Shown here: positions 10,243 through 19,522 of the stretch, in pieces
Layout: every line of letters starts with the position of its first letter
Position numbering within the stretch: the first letter of the stretch is position 1
Virus record (IMG/VR): IMGVR_UViG_3300030109_002855
Location: 1-64,000 of that record
DNA length: 64,000 bases
Reading direction: 5' to 3' (one strand)
Source of the DNA: an uncultured virus (IMG/VR IMGVR_UViG_3300030109_002855)
Lineage: Duplodnaviria > Heunggongvirae > Uroviricota > Caudoviricetes
The notes under the pieces: model-generated
The model's input: only the letters and a program-made list of their open reading frames with translations
Databases searched by the model: none
Told to the model about the DNA's origin: nothing
Program-made: the position numbers and the translations under genes

Positions 10243-11830
10243 TACTTTCTACTTTCTTGGTTGCTATTTTTAAATTTTCTAATACCTTTATAGGTTCAGT
10301 AACACCTTTAATATTTATTCGATAATTATCTTCTACAACTCTTTTCATAGACTCATAAATCATTTTTCGCAGACCTTGGCGTATCTTACTATACATGCCG
10401 TTATTAATTAGTTCTTTTAACATTAACTCATATTTTTCTTCTCTAGTTTCACTATCTTTTGCCTTTCTAAACTTACTATAATGATTACCAAACCCTTTAT
10501 TACTATCTACAATATCTAATTCTAAACCTATATCATATAACATAGGAATTAAATCTTTAAACATTCTAAATCTTTTATCATGCTGACCAAGTTCCTTTTT
10601 ATCTCTTTCTTGTATTTCAAAAAGAGTCTGTTTTATATCAATATCTTCTTCGGTAAATAATTTAGATAAATGTTTTAAATCATTTACAGATGACAATACA
10701 TAAACACCACCTCTTAATTCCATAGCAGAAAAAGCCTGTTCTCTTTCATCATAAGCAGTTAACCAATCTTCAAAATCTTGAGCATCTTCAAATCCATATT
10801 CATCATACGTTTCGTTATCTTCTTCACTTGATAAATTATTATAATCTTGAGCAGGTATTTTATTCAAAGTTACACTTGCAGATAACCTCCTTACATACTC
10901 TTCAAATTGTTTCTTTAAATCTACATCTTTAGCAATAGATTCTAGGAACTTATTATCTTGATATACCTTTTTATTTTTAATATTCTCTTTAGTGGTACTT
11001 ATTATGTTACTCATTATTTTTCTTAATCCTTCGGGAGCGTCACTACCTCTCAACCCTTTCAAAGCCTGTTTAGTAGCAATTGATAGTTTGGTTTTTTTTC
11101 TTTGAAAACCTCTAGATTCTAGATTACCCGAAGAATCAATAGGTAAGTCTTTAGTTTCTATAATGTAAATTAGAGTAGGAAATAACTCATTATAATTATC
11201 CCCAAGTAATTCTGTACTACCAAACATCTCTCTTTTATTTCTTTTTGGTATATTACTACTAGTAACAACTTTTCTCAAATATGCAATCATTTTTTGAGAG
11301 TTAGGTCTAGCACTTATTGTATATGTATCGGGTGCAGGTTTGTCAATTTTGTATGTATTTTTCAGCATTTCATATGCTTGAGTTTGTTTTGCTTCATCAA
11401 AATTTTTGATTGCATCAAACAATTTTGTTTTATTATCTCTTACATCCTTTACTCTATCTGCTTTTGTCTGAGGAGTTTTAGCAGATTCAGTCCAATCTGA
11501 TAAAGATTCTATGTCTCCTGATTTGAACTTCTCTAATATAGACGGGAATTGACTTCCTTTACTGCCACTAACTTGTTGACCTGTTTTGATATTCTTTATT
11601 GCCTCCAGTATTTTCTTAGCCCTATCATCTACTCCATCAATGGCTCTAATCTCAGCAAATGATTCAGGATTATCTAAAAAATATTGTATTGCTTTTCTTC
11701 TACCTGCAACATTTGCCGCAACAGTCTCCGAAATCAATTTATCCATTTGTTTATCAGTATAGAGATTGACTAAAATTCTCCTATAATCATCAGCAGTCTT
11801 TCTCGGAAGGGCTTTCAATAAATTAGTCAT
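10220..11830 (-). CDS. Hypothetical protein
   Basis: 536 aa ORF with AGGAGA RBS. Confidence 0.75.
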   Translation of the reverse strand: MTNLLKALPRKTADDYRRILVNLYTDKQMDKLISETVAANVAGRRKAIQYFLDNPESFAEIRAIDGVDDRAKKILEAIKNIKTGQQVSGSKGSQFPSILEKFKSGDIESLSDWTESAKTPQTKADRVKDVRDNKTKLFDAIKNFDEAKQTQAYEMLKNTYKIDKPAPDTYTISARPNSQKMIAYLRKVVTSSNIPKRNKREMFGSTELLGDNYNELFPTLIYIIETKDLPIDSSGNLESRGFQRKKTKLSIATKQALKGLRGSDAPEGLRKIMSNIISTTKENIKNKKVYQDNKFLESIAKDVDLKKQFEEYVRRLSASVTLNKIPAQDYNNLSSEEDNETYDEYGFEDAQDFEDWLTAYDEREQAFSAMELRGGVYVLSSVNDLKHLSKLFTEEDIDIKQTLFEIQERDKKELGQHDKRFRMFKDLIPMLYDIGLELDIVDSNKGFGNHYSKFRKAKDSETREEKYELMLKELINNGMYSKIRQGLRKMIYESMKRVVEDNYRINIKGVTEPIKVLENLKIATKKVESSEVESDE

Positions 11831-11845
11831 TGTAGCATCTCCTTC

Positions 11846-11917
11846 TTAATAATTATTTAATATGCTTTGCACTTGTTTTGATTGTGAATTCTGTTTTAAT
11901 ATTCTTTTCCAACTCAT
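11846..11917 (-). CDS. 23 aa micro-ORF MSWKRILKQNSQSKQVQSILNNY, in frame with the downstream 536 aa ORF
   Basis: ATGA overlap with the upstream gene; carries the tag motif. Confidence 0.5.
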   Translation of the reverse strand: MSWKRILKQNSQSKQVQSILNNY

Positions 11918-12204
11918 TTCAATTGCCCCGCTAACCTATTTAATAGTCCAACAATACTACGAATCAAAAATTCGTCATGTCTTGGAAGTTTACCTCTATT
12001 TTCTTCCAACACCTGAACATACTCTTCTATGTATTTTGCAAATAATTCATACTGTGAGTCAATAAGAACTTGAGGGTATTCATAAGAATCCCCAGCGTGT
12101 TCTTTAACACTTTTTTCAAAATTAGTAATTATATTATTTGCTTCTGTATAATATTGCATCATATCTGGCCTACTACCACTCTTTAGTGTGTCTTGCCAAC
12201 TCAT
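11914..12204 (-). CDS. Hypothetical protein with MSWQDTLK tag
   Basis: ORF track; ATGA coupling. Confidence 0.75.
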   Translation of the reverse strand: MSWQDTLKSGSRPDMMQYYTEANNIITNFEKSVKEHAGDSYEYPQVLIDSQYELFAKYIEEYVQVLEENRGKLPRHDEFLIRSIVGLLNRLAGQLK

Positions 12205-12857
12205 TGTAACTTCTCCTCCATTTTATTTCTAACATCTAACCAAACATCAGGATGGTTTTGTGCTAATACTTCTTGCACTATTTGCATTTGTGCAACTATA
12301 ATTGTATCTTGCCTCTTATGCACAAGTTTACCTTTGAACTCCATAACATATTTTAGACTCTCTCTAATTTCTCTAGCGAGTTTGGTTAAACTATCAATAG
12401 ATTTTGGGTCTGTACTTCCTTCATCAAATAATGATTCTATCATAGTATCTAATCTACCAATGTTTCTTTCTAATGTTTCTATCTCATCTATTTCCTTCAC
12501 AGCAATTATATTTGCTGCGGATTGTTGAACTAAGGGCTGTAAATGATTTTTTACATGACGCACTATTTGTTCTTCTGAGCATCCTACAATTTCTGCGGCC
12601 TTAAGTGGAGTCATATTACCGGCATGTAATTGTTCTTCCAATTCTTTTCTAATAGGACTAACACATAACCCACACTTAGGATTAGATGAGTTAACGTATT
12701 CCCCCATATGATTTCTTTGGTGTCTAGAAGTTGTACCACTAGGCCAATCATATTCTCTATCTATAATGTCTGTACTAACATGTAATTCTTCGACTCTATG
12801 TTCAATCTCGTACCTGTCCTCATGATTACATAAGACACAACGCTTTCTAGTTACCAA
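12201..12857 (-). CDS. Putative terminase small subunit (duplicated Zn/HTH unit plus helical region)
   Basis: Two CxxC...HTH...HxxxH units (CVLCNH...RHQRNH; CGLC...RHVKNH) followed by coiled-coil; lies upstream of terL. Confidence 0.55.
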   Translation of the reverse strand: MVTRKRCVLCNHEDRYEIEHRVEELHVSTDIIDREYDWPSGTTSRHQRNHMGEYVNSSNPKCGLCVSPIRKELEEQLHAGNMTPLKAAEIVGCSEEQIVRHVKNHLQPLVQQSAANIIAVKEIDEIETLERNIGRLDTMIESLFDEGSTDPKSIDSLTKLAREIRESLKYVMEFKGKLVHKRQDTIIVAQMQIVQEVLAQNHPDVWLDVRNKMEEKLQ

Positions 12858-12865
12858 GTGAACAC

Positions 12866-12979
12866 CTATCTATTTTCTCTCAATTCTTTGAAATCTTCTG
12901 CGTCAATGTCTCCATCGTCATCAACATCTAGTTCCTTTTGTTTTCCTTTTAATTTTAGTATCTCTTGCCACTTAGTCAT
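12866..12979 (-). CDS. 37 aa EF-hand-like microprotein MTKWQEILKLKGKQKELDVDDDGDIDAEDFKELRENR
   Basis: Translated by hand; DxDxDGxIxxxDF loop; GAGG RBS. Confidence 0.7.
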   Translation of the reverse strand: MTKWQEILKLKGKQKELDVDDDGDIDAEDFKELRENR

Positions 12980-13148
12980 AGTTAAACCTCTCATTCAAAT
13001 ATTCTTTTCTTGCGGAACACCCACAATCTACACCTGTTTTTTCTGAAACATAATCAACGGCTTTTTTGATTCCTGTTTTTGTTGTGATTCTTTCAACGGT
13101 ATCACCTAATCCTCTATCTTGCCTTTTAAGATATCTTTTCCAACTCAT
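12972..13148 (-). CDS. 58 aa protein MSWKRYLK...GLGDTVERIT...DCGC
   Basis: Translated by hand; GLGDT...TGIKK...DCGC resembles a recurrent small phage protein pattern. Confidence 0.7.
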   Translation of the reverse strand: MSWKRYLKRQDRGLGDTVERITTKTGIKKAVDYVSEKTGVDCGCSARKEYLNERFNYD

Positions 13149-13158
13149 TTCTCATCCC

Positions 13159-13695
13159 TCATATTTTATCCAACATCGTATCAAATTCTTTTACATCTTC
13201 AAACTCAAAATCTTCCATCATAAATAAATCATCTAAATAAGTTCTAAAATCTACTAGCCGTTTAGCAATATCTCTCAAAGTTCTTTTCATTGCATCATGG
13301 TCTTCTTGATTCTTTTCAGTTCTAGGAGTTTTTCTAAATTGTTCTTGAATAACCCTAATAGTATCAGCCACATTTTTCATATGTCCTTTTAATTCTTGCA
13401 TTGCTTCTGCTGATAATTTTGCCTTTATCACGGTAGTTTCTTTACTTAGATGTTTTAATGCTTCTTGACTCAACTCATAAAAATGATACAATTTTTTACT
13501 TTCACCTTCAACATGTTCTTTACCACTCATTAAAGTTCCATCAGGATGCTTATGTGTTTCACCAATATACTGCTTTCCATCTTCAAAGAAATGTCTTTCA
13601 CCTTTTCCTTTCTTTACTTCTACAATCATACCATAGGTTTTGCATGGGTCTTCCCCACAACCACAATTTTTCTTAAGTACATTTTCCCAAGTCAT
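13159..13695 (-). CDS. Hypothetical protein (MTWENVLK tag; CGCG..PC and HKHPDGTLM motifs)
   Basis: ORF track; start reassigned to the ATG overlapping the upstream stop. Confidence 0.7.
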   Translation of the reverse strand: MTWENVLKKNCGCGEDPCKTYGMIVEVKKGKGERHFFEDGKQYIGETHKHPDGTLMSGKEHVEGESKKLYHFYELSQEALKHLSKETTVIKAKLSAEAMQELKGHMKNVADTIRVIQEQFRKTPRTEKNQEDHDAMKRTLRDIAKRLVDFRTYLDDLFMMEDFEFEDVKEFDTMLDKI

Positions 13696-14783
13696 ACTAC
13701 CACCTTCATTATAGTTCTCCAATCTTTAACTTCTCTATCACTACTTGTTAATTTTTCATCTTCTTCAGGTTCTTCTTTAACAGGAGGTTTCCAACCTGCA
13801 AGTTTAGCCATATGATTAACTTGTCTTCTAGAAATATAAATATAGAAATCTTCAACAAAACCCGGAGTACCTTTAGCATTCAACAAGGTTTTAACTTTCT
13901 CACTTTCAGTATTATTTTGTACATTTATTGGTGTACCCATTAAACGGGTTCTAGCCCTAGTAGTAGCAAAGTTTCCTGCCTTTGTGGTAAACTCATCATC
14001 CCTAACCATAACTTTCATCATTTGTCTAATTTCTGAAATACCCTCATATGCAAACTTTGCTGCACCTGCCTGTTCTATTTTTACAGGAGCATCTTCTTCA
14101 ATATGATGTACTACATTTTTTATTGCTTTAGCACCTGCGGTTACAACAGCAACTAACCCCGGCTTATTAAATGGTGAAAGGCTGCCATCACCATAAATTG
14201 CTTGCCACATTGGTGGTGTAGCCTCACCCTTACTTGTATCCCACCAAGAATCATCTGCTGCTCTAACACTTTCTACTTTGTTTTTATAGTCGGTTCTATA
14301 TTCAATATAATCATCAGTTCTATAATGACCATATATTGTTTTCTTTACTGGTTTTTTAGTTCTAGGTCTAATACCTACAATACCCTCGAATGCAATATTT
14401 CTAGGATTCAAATCACTATCAGTTGCACCATGCTTCATTAGTACACCTATTATCGCTTCAAACTCTTTAGATTCCTGTGGGCTGAAAGTAGGTTGTTTCG
14501 CCATCCTTTCTAAAAGTTCTATCTCTTTAGCCAAACCCGGTGTTTCTTTCGGGCCGGAATTACCCATTATTCTACCATCAATACCATGTTGCATTAGAAT
14601 ATCATAAAGAGTTCCCTTGAATCTAGTTACTCCCATACTTGCTGCTGAAACTCCTTTAGCGGCAGTTTTCCAATCATTAAATAATTTAGAAAACTCTTCG
14701 CCTGAATACTCTACGCGAGATTTACCATTACCCATTGAAATAACAGGTTCAACTTTCTTTAGTGGTTTTTTTCTTTTTGCCAC
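13692..14783 (-). CDS. Hypothetical protein
   Basis: 363 aa ORF; C-terminal DWRTIMK. Confidence 0.75.
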   Translation of the reverse strand: MAKRKKPLKKVEPVISMGNGKSRVEYSGEEFSKLFNDWKTAAKGVSAASMGVTRFKGTLYDILMQHGIDGRIMGNSGPKETPGLAKEIELLERMAKQPTFSPQESKEFEAIIGVLMKHGATDSDLNPRNIAFEGIVGIRPRTKKPVKKTIYGHYRTDDYIEYRTDYKNKVESVRAADDSWWDTSKGEATPPMWQAIYGDGSLSPFNKPGLVAVVTAGAKAIKNVVHHIEEDAPVKIEQAGAAKFAYEGISEIRQMMKVMVRDDEFTTKAGNFATTRARTRLMGTPINVQNNTESEKVKTLLNAKGTPGFVEDFYIYISRRQVNHMAKLAGWKPPVKEEPEEDEKLTSSDREVKDWRTIMKVVV

Positions 14784-14958
14784 GCTTTAACCTCCTATTA
14801 ACAGTTTTATTATTAAAAAGAGGACTTGTAGCAGCAGAAGTAGTAGAAACTGTACCTGACATCTTTAATTCTTTTATTTCTTTTTCTAAGTTATCTAAAA
14901 AAACATTTGCATCTTGTTCTTTCTTAATAGAATCGAACCAATAAGATAATTCTTTCAA
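14749..14958 (-). CDS. Small hypothetical protein
   Basis: GAGGTGG RBS; YWFDSIKK tag. Confidence 0.6.
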   Translation of the reverse strand: MKELSYWFDSIKKEQDANVFLDNLEKEIKELKMSGTVSTTSAATSPLFNNKTVNRRLKRGKKKKTTKES

Positions 14959-15104
14959 ATTACCACCTCATTATACTAACTAACCATCTCCAAACTGTTT
15001 TGTTTTCATTTTTATCTTTAATTATCATATTGGCGTTGGTTTCTTCATCAAATAAAGAATCCATGATTTTATCATGGTTGTGACATTCTAACATTGAATC
15101 CAAT

Positions 15105-15818
15105 TTACTCCCTCTTAATGGTATCTTTCCAATCTAATGATTTGTATTCTCTCATTTTATCCTGCCAAGTTTCTACATCTTCTATAACAAACTTGTCTGA
15201 TACGTCTTTTAGGGGTTCAGGGTCTTTAGCAGTTAAATCCTCTAATCCACCCATATCTTTTATTTGCTCAACAATTAACATATCGTATGCTCTAATGAAG
15301 GTATGTCCTACATAATTCTTAAACTCAGATGATTCTGACAGTTGTTTTAAAGCATGGCTAATAAGTCGCTTTAAGTCAAGTTGCTCAGTATTAGATAGTT
15401 CCCCTTCCATAACTTTTTGTAATATTTTTTCTCTTATCTTACCATCCATTTCTGCTGTTGCTGCATCAAATAGACCTATTTCTTCTAATTGTTTTATTGT
15501 TTCTTCACTTAAATCCTTAGTTGATGTGTCTAAAGACATAGGTTCTTCATTTTCATCTAATTCTTCCATCTGCTCTTTAGCACCTTGTAAAGAAAGGGTT
15601 AATGGTTCTCCTAGTATTGGTACAACGAATGAAACTAAGGTTTCTTCTGTTAGTTTACCAACAGCAAATTTATTAAAATCTTCTAACGCTAAACCCGATA
15701 AATCCAAAGCAGTTTCTTCTACAAATCCACCTAATCTATTGAATATAGGTAAGAAGCCAGTAGAAGATAATACAGTACGATAATCAACCATTACACCACA
15801 ACCCGCTATCACTAGCAA
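15105..15818 (-). CDS. Acidic hypothetical protein
   Basis: 237 aa ORF; C-terminal DWKDTIK. Confidence 0.7.
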   Translation of the reverse strand: MLVIAGCGVMVDYRTVLSSTGFLPIFNRLGGFVEETALDLSGLALEDFNKFAVGKLTEETLVSFVVPILGEPLTLSLQGAKEQMEELDENEEPMSLDTSTKDLSEETIKQLEEIGLFDAATAEMDGKIREKILQKVMEGELSNTEQLDLKRLISHALKQLSESSEFKNYVGHTFIRAYDMLIVEQIKDMGGLEDLTAKDPEPLKDVSDKFVIEDVETWQDKMREYKSLDWKDTIKRE

Positions 15819-15851
15819 ACGGTCAACATTGGCTAAAGGATATAATGCTGT

Positions 15852-15998
15852 CTATTCTTCTTCCAAAATATGATACATTCCTAACCATTCTAAGAAAGCA
15901 ACTTTCATAGGTTTTTCTGTATTCCAATTCTTTTTACTTTCAATATAATAAGGGTTTGAAAAACCTAATAATTGTGCTTCCCAATAATCCCAATCCAT
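15852..15998 (-). CDS. 48 aa microprotein MDWDYWEAQLLGF...
   Basis: Translated by hand; starts immediately after the stop of the preceding gene. Confidence 0.5.
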   Translation of the reverse strand: MDWDYWEAQLLGFSNPYYIESKKNWNTEKPMKVAFLEWLGMYHILEEE

Positions 15999-15999
15999 A

Positions 16000-16767
16000 C
16001 TAATTCCATTTAATTTCTATTTTTTTATAATGGTCTAAAATTTCTTTTATAGCAACATCAAGCCCATACTCTTCTACTGGCATATCCCCATAATCATCTA
16101 TAAACACTGCTATACTATTACTCATATGAAACTCATAGGGATATTTTTCTGAATGTATGTGAAGACCTTTTCTTTTACTTACACCACCCCACTCATTAAA
16201 TTCTAAATTTCCTGCACCATTATATTCTCTAGGGTCATAATGTATTTCCCAATCACCAACTCTATATGGGTCTTTGATAAACATACCACCATTGACGACA
16301 GTAGATACTTGAGCAATTAAATCTAAAGCGCGACAATAAACTTCTTCAGGTATTTTCTCTGCCTGTTTATTCATTATATATCTTGATTCCTCTACTGTTA
16401 TTTCAAAATGATTTTTATTCTTAACACCTTTAGTCTCTACATTTGTACCAGTCATAGGATATAGATAAAATTGAGATACAAAATGGTCAGGGCCACGTAG
16501 TTCATTATAACCTGTGGGAGATGGTTCTCTAATAATACGATAATATTCAGTTCCTCCTCTATTCCCTTTATCACGAACTTTATCGAATATACTATTATCA
16601 TCATACAGTGGGGTATTTTTTATTTTATTTTGTAGTGCGAACATTCTATCTTTACAGTCATCTTTATCTTCATCAGGTTTGTTTACATCAAAAGGTTTCA
16701 CTTTGAACTTAGGTAAGTTAACTGTTCTCATCTCATTTTTCAAAATATCAAACCACATTATTTTCAC
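16000..16767 (-). CDS. Tandem paralog 5 (WF.ILKN...NLPKFKVKPF family)
   Basis: Shared leader and IPEEVYCRALDL motif. Confidence 0.85.
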   Translation of the reverse strand: MKIMWFDILKNEMRTVNLPKFKVKPFDVNKPDEDKDDCKDRMFALQNKIKNTPLYDDNSIFDKVRDKGNRGGTEYYRIIREPSPTGYNELRGPDHFVSQFYLYPMTGTNVETKGVKNKNHFEITVEESRYIMNKQAEKIPEEVYCRALDLIAQVSTVVNGGMFIKDPYRVGDWEIHYDPREYNGAGNLEFNEWGGVSKRKGLHIHSEKYPYEFHMSNSIAVFIDDYGDMPVEEYGLDVAIKEILDHYKKIEIKWN

Positions 16768-17525
16768 TCCGTAAACTTAATATTAATATTATTTATATAT
16801 TCTGCAATTAAATCTAACCCGTCTCTAATCACTTCCTGTTTGAAAGTATAGTTATTCTTGTACATATCAGACTTTTTAGTATTATATTTTAGGTCTACAT
16901 CTAAATCACAATCCATTCTACTGAGGATACTATTATTATTGTGTACTAATCCTCTTACTCTTTCAAAACTGTCTACCACACTAAAAAAACCATTTCTAAC
17001 ACCAAATGTACCATCATTATCGTTTCCAGTACTATCCTTAGTAAAATATATTATAGTACCATCTTCTGACTTAAATTCTACATCACGTTGTAGTACATCT
17101 AATATTCTGCAATAACTTTCTTCACTTATTTTAGTTTCACCAAAAGTTTTGGCTTCAGTGTCGTCACCAAAAGTTTCAGCAAATGACGCATTGTCAATTA
17201 CAACACGTATTCTAAAATAATAATTTCCAGTATAATTAGGATACATTTCAGGTTTTGGTATATATGTTATGCTTAATCTATGCAGATGGGCGTAACTTTT
17301 TTTGTAAATAAGCACATTAAAGTATGGGTTTTTTATTTTCTCTTCTAATGAACTTAGTTCCGATTGGTTAAAAAATTGCCTATCATAAAACTTCTTTTCT
17401 ATCTCTTTGACTTTTCGTTCGCAATCATCATCTTCTTCATCAGGTTTATTCGCATTAAAAGGTTTAACTTTAAATTTGGGTAAGTTAATACTCCTCATTT
17501 CATTTTTTAAAATATCAAACCACAT
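16764..17525 (-). CDS. Tandem paralog 4
   Basis: Shared leader and ISEESYCRILDV motif. Confidence 0.85.
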   Translation of the reverse strand: MWFDILKNEMRSINLPKFKVKPFNANKPDEEDDDCERKVKEIEKKFYDRQFFNQSELSSLEEKIKNPYFNVLIYKKSYAHLHRLSITYIPKPEMYPNYTGNYYFRIRVVIDNASFAETFGDDTEAKTFGETKISEESYCRILDVLQRDVEFKSEDGTIIYFTKDSTGNDNDGTFGVRNGFFSVVDSFERVRGLVHNNNSILSRMDCDLDVDLKYNTKKSDMYKNNYTFKQEVIRDGLDLIAEYINNINIKFTE

Positions 17526-17529
17526 ATAA

Positions 17530-18294
17530 TCACCATTCTATTTTTACGTCTTCAAAATGACTTTCTATTTTACTCAATGCCGCAGCAACACCTTTAGCAG
17601 TATCCCAACCAATTGGGGCGTTATCTTGACCTGTCTTCCACATATTTCCAAAATCTGACGTACGTACTGATAACGCGTTCCAAAGTGTAATATAATCTAC
17701 TTCACCCTTTGTTATAGTAATCGTTAGAAGTTTTCTTATACGTATCCCTGTCGGGTCTTCCATCACAAGGTCATTATTTTTATATTGTATTTTCCAATCG
17801 CCTACACTCTCACGGTCATATTGTCCAAACCTTTGTGGAGAACCCTTACTAATCATATCTAACGCCTTACAATAAACTTCTTCGGGTATTTCGTTCACAT
17901 CTTGGTCTATATCTTGATGGCTATCTTCCGTTATATATACCTCAACATGTGTATCAGGGTCGGCAAACCCATCACTTAGTGTAGGATATAAATGTAATTT
18001 TGCATAAAAAAGTTCGTCATCATCTATCATGCTATCCATTCCAAGATATTGAAATCTACCCTCATCTGCCATTTTTTCAATCTCATCAAATAAACTTTGT
18101 ATGCTACCTTTTGGATTATTGTGAACAAGTTTTATTTGCTCTGATTTTTTCAATACTTCATTTAAGAATCTATCTTTACAATCATTATCTTCTTCATCAG
18201 GCTTATTTACATTGAAGGGTTTAACCTTAAACTTGGGTAAATTAATACTCCGCATTTCATTTTTAAGAATATTAAACCAACTCATATAGACCAC
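17530..18294 (-). CDS. Tandem paralog 3
   Basis: Shared leader and IPEEVYCKALDM motif. Confidence 0.85.
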   Translation of the reverse strand: MVYMSWFNILKNEMRSINLPKFKVKPFNVNKPDEEDNDCKDRFLNEVLKKSEQIKLVHNNPKGSIQSLFDEIEKMADEGRFQYLGMDSMIDDDELFYAKLHLYPTLSDGFADPDTHVEVYITEDSHQDIDQDVNEIPEEVYCKALDMISKGSPQRFGQYDRESVGDWKIQYKNNDLVMEDPTGIRIRKLLTITITKGEVDYITLWNALSVRTSDFGNMWKTGQDNAPIGWDTAKGVAAALSKIESHFEDVKIEW

Positions 18295-18917
18295 TTCATT
18301 CTTTCAATAACCTCTGGAAGTCCTTCAGGAATATCATCATTACCAACCCACACTAAACCTAATTCTACTTTGATATACCTATCTTCGTTATAATTAACAT
18401 TATCTGTTAAAAAAAAGTATTGGTTAAATTCATTTATATAATGCTCGTTATAATCTTCTATGTTTGTAATCAACTTATGTTTAAGAAAATTTTCATATCG
18501 CATCTGATGTGATGTTCCGTTTGCATAAAAATTTTGATAATAAAATTCTTTCTTCGTTGAAGGTTGATTACTTTTCTCTTGAAGCAAATCTAATAACCTA
18601 CAATACGCCTCTTCAGGTAATAAATCTACATTTTTACTATGAACATTTTGTTGTAATCTAATAAATTTTTTAGCATCTTCTTTATGGTAATAGGTAATAT
18701 AACCCGTACCACTAGGTTTGTAAGAATCATACTCTTCCGATATCTTAGTTGGGGGTTGAAATCTTTTAGCAGTATTATACAATTCCATAATTTTATCTTT
18801 ACATCTAGTTTCTTCGTCTTCAACTTTTGGTTTGTCAAAGGGTTTGACCTTGAACTTAGGTAGATTAACAGCCCTTGCTTGGTTTTTTAAAACACCAAAC
18901 CAATTCATATAGGCCAC
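18282..18917 (-). CDS. Tandem paralog 2
   Basis: Shared leader and LPEEAYCRLLDL motif. Confidence 0.85.
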   Translation of the reverse strand: MAYMNWFGVLKNQARAVNLPKFKVKPFDKPKVEDEETRCKDKIMELYNTAKRFQPPTKISEEYDSYKPSGTGYITYYHKEDAKKFIRLQQNVHSKNVDLLPEEAYCRLLDLLQEKSNQPSTKKEFYYQNFYANGTSHQMRYENFLKHKLITNIEDYNEHYINEFNQYFFLTDNVNYNEDRYIKVELGLVWVGNDDIPEGLPEVIERMKWSI

Positions 18918-19522
18918 CTCATATTATCTGTTTCCTGTCTAAGTGCCTGACCAATCTTATCTGTTTCCTCAGAACTTAGTGGTGGGGTTTCATCGTACAT
19001 TCCATCTTTCCAATTATACCAATCATACCATAAAAGAGACAACCTTAAATTCAGTATATTATGACTCGTTTGTTTCGTGATAGCCAATTTTTGCATATAA
19101 AAATCTTCATTGTCACTTAAATCAACATTAATGTTATAATCCATTAAAGTAGTCTTACCTTCACCGGCTTTAAGTAAATCTAACGCTGTACAAAATACTT
19201 CTTCAGGTATATTATCTATGTCACCAACAGCATAAAAACGGTCAATCGTCACTCCCGTTCCTGTTTTTTTACCACCATAATACATCGAAGTATAACTACT
19301 ATCTTCTATTCTATGAATAGGGTTAATTTCTTTTTTAACTCTAACAAATTCACCACCTATTTCACTAGGAAACTGATACCTTCTAACAAAATCAGCAATT
19401 TCCATAATTTTATCTTTACATCTAGTTTCTTCTTCGTCCGGCTTTGCAGCATTGAACGGTTTGACTTTGAACTTAGGTAAATTAACTAAACCTTGGTTTT
19501 TTAGAATATTAAACCAAGTCAT
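18905..19522 (-). CDS. Tandem paralog 1
   Basis: Shared leader and IPEEVFCTALDL motif. Confidence 0.85.
   Translation of the reverse strand: MTWFNILKNQGLVNLPKFKVKPFNAAKPDEEETRCKDKIMEIADFVRRYQFPSEIGGEFVRVKKEINPIHRIEDSSYTSMYYGGKKTGTGVTIDRFYAVGDIDNIPEEVFCTALDLLKAGEGKTTLMDYNINVDLSDNEDFYMQKLAITKQTSHNILNLRLSLLWYDWYNWKDGMYDETPPLSSEETDKIGQALRQETDNMRWPI

Noticed and set aside
16000..19522. Diversity-generating retroelement explanation for the paralog array
   Set aside because: No reverse transcriptase in the window and no near-identical TR/VR pair differing only at adenines
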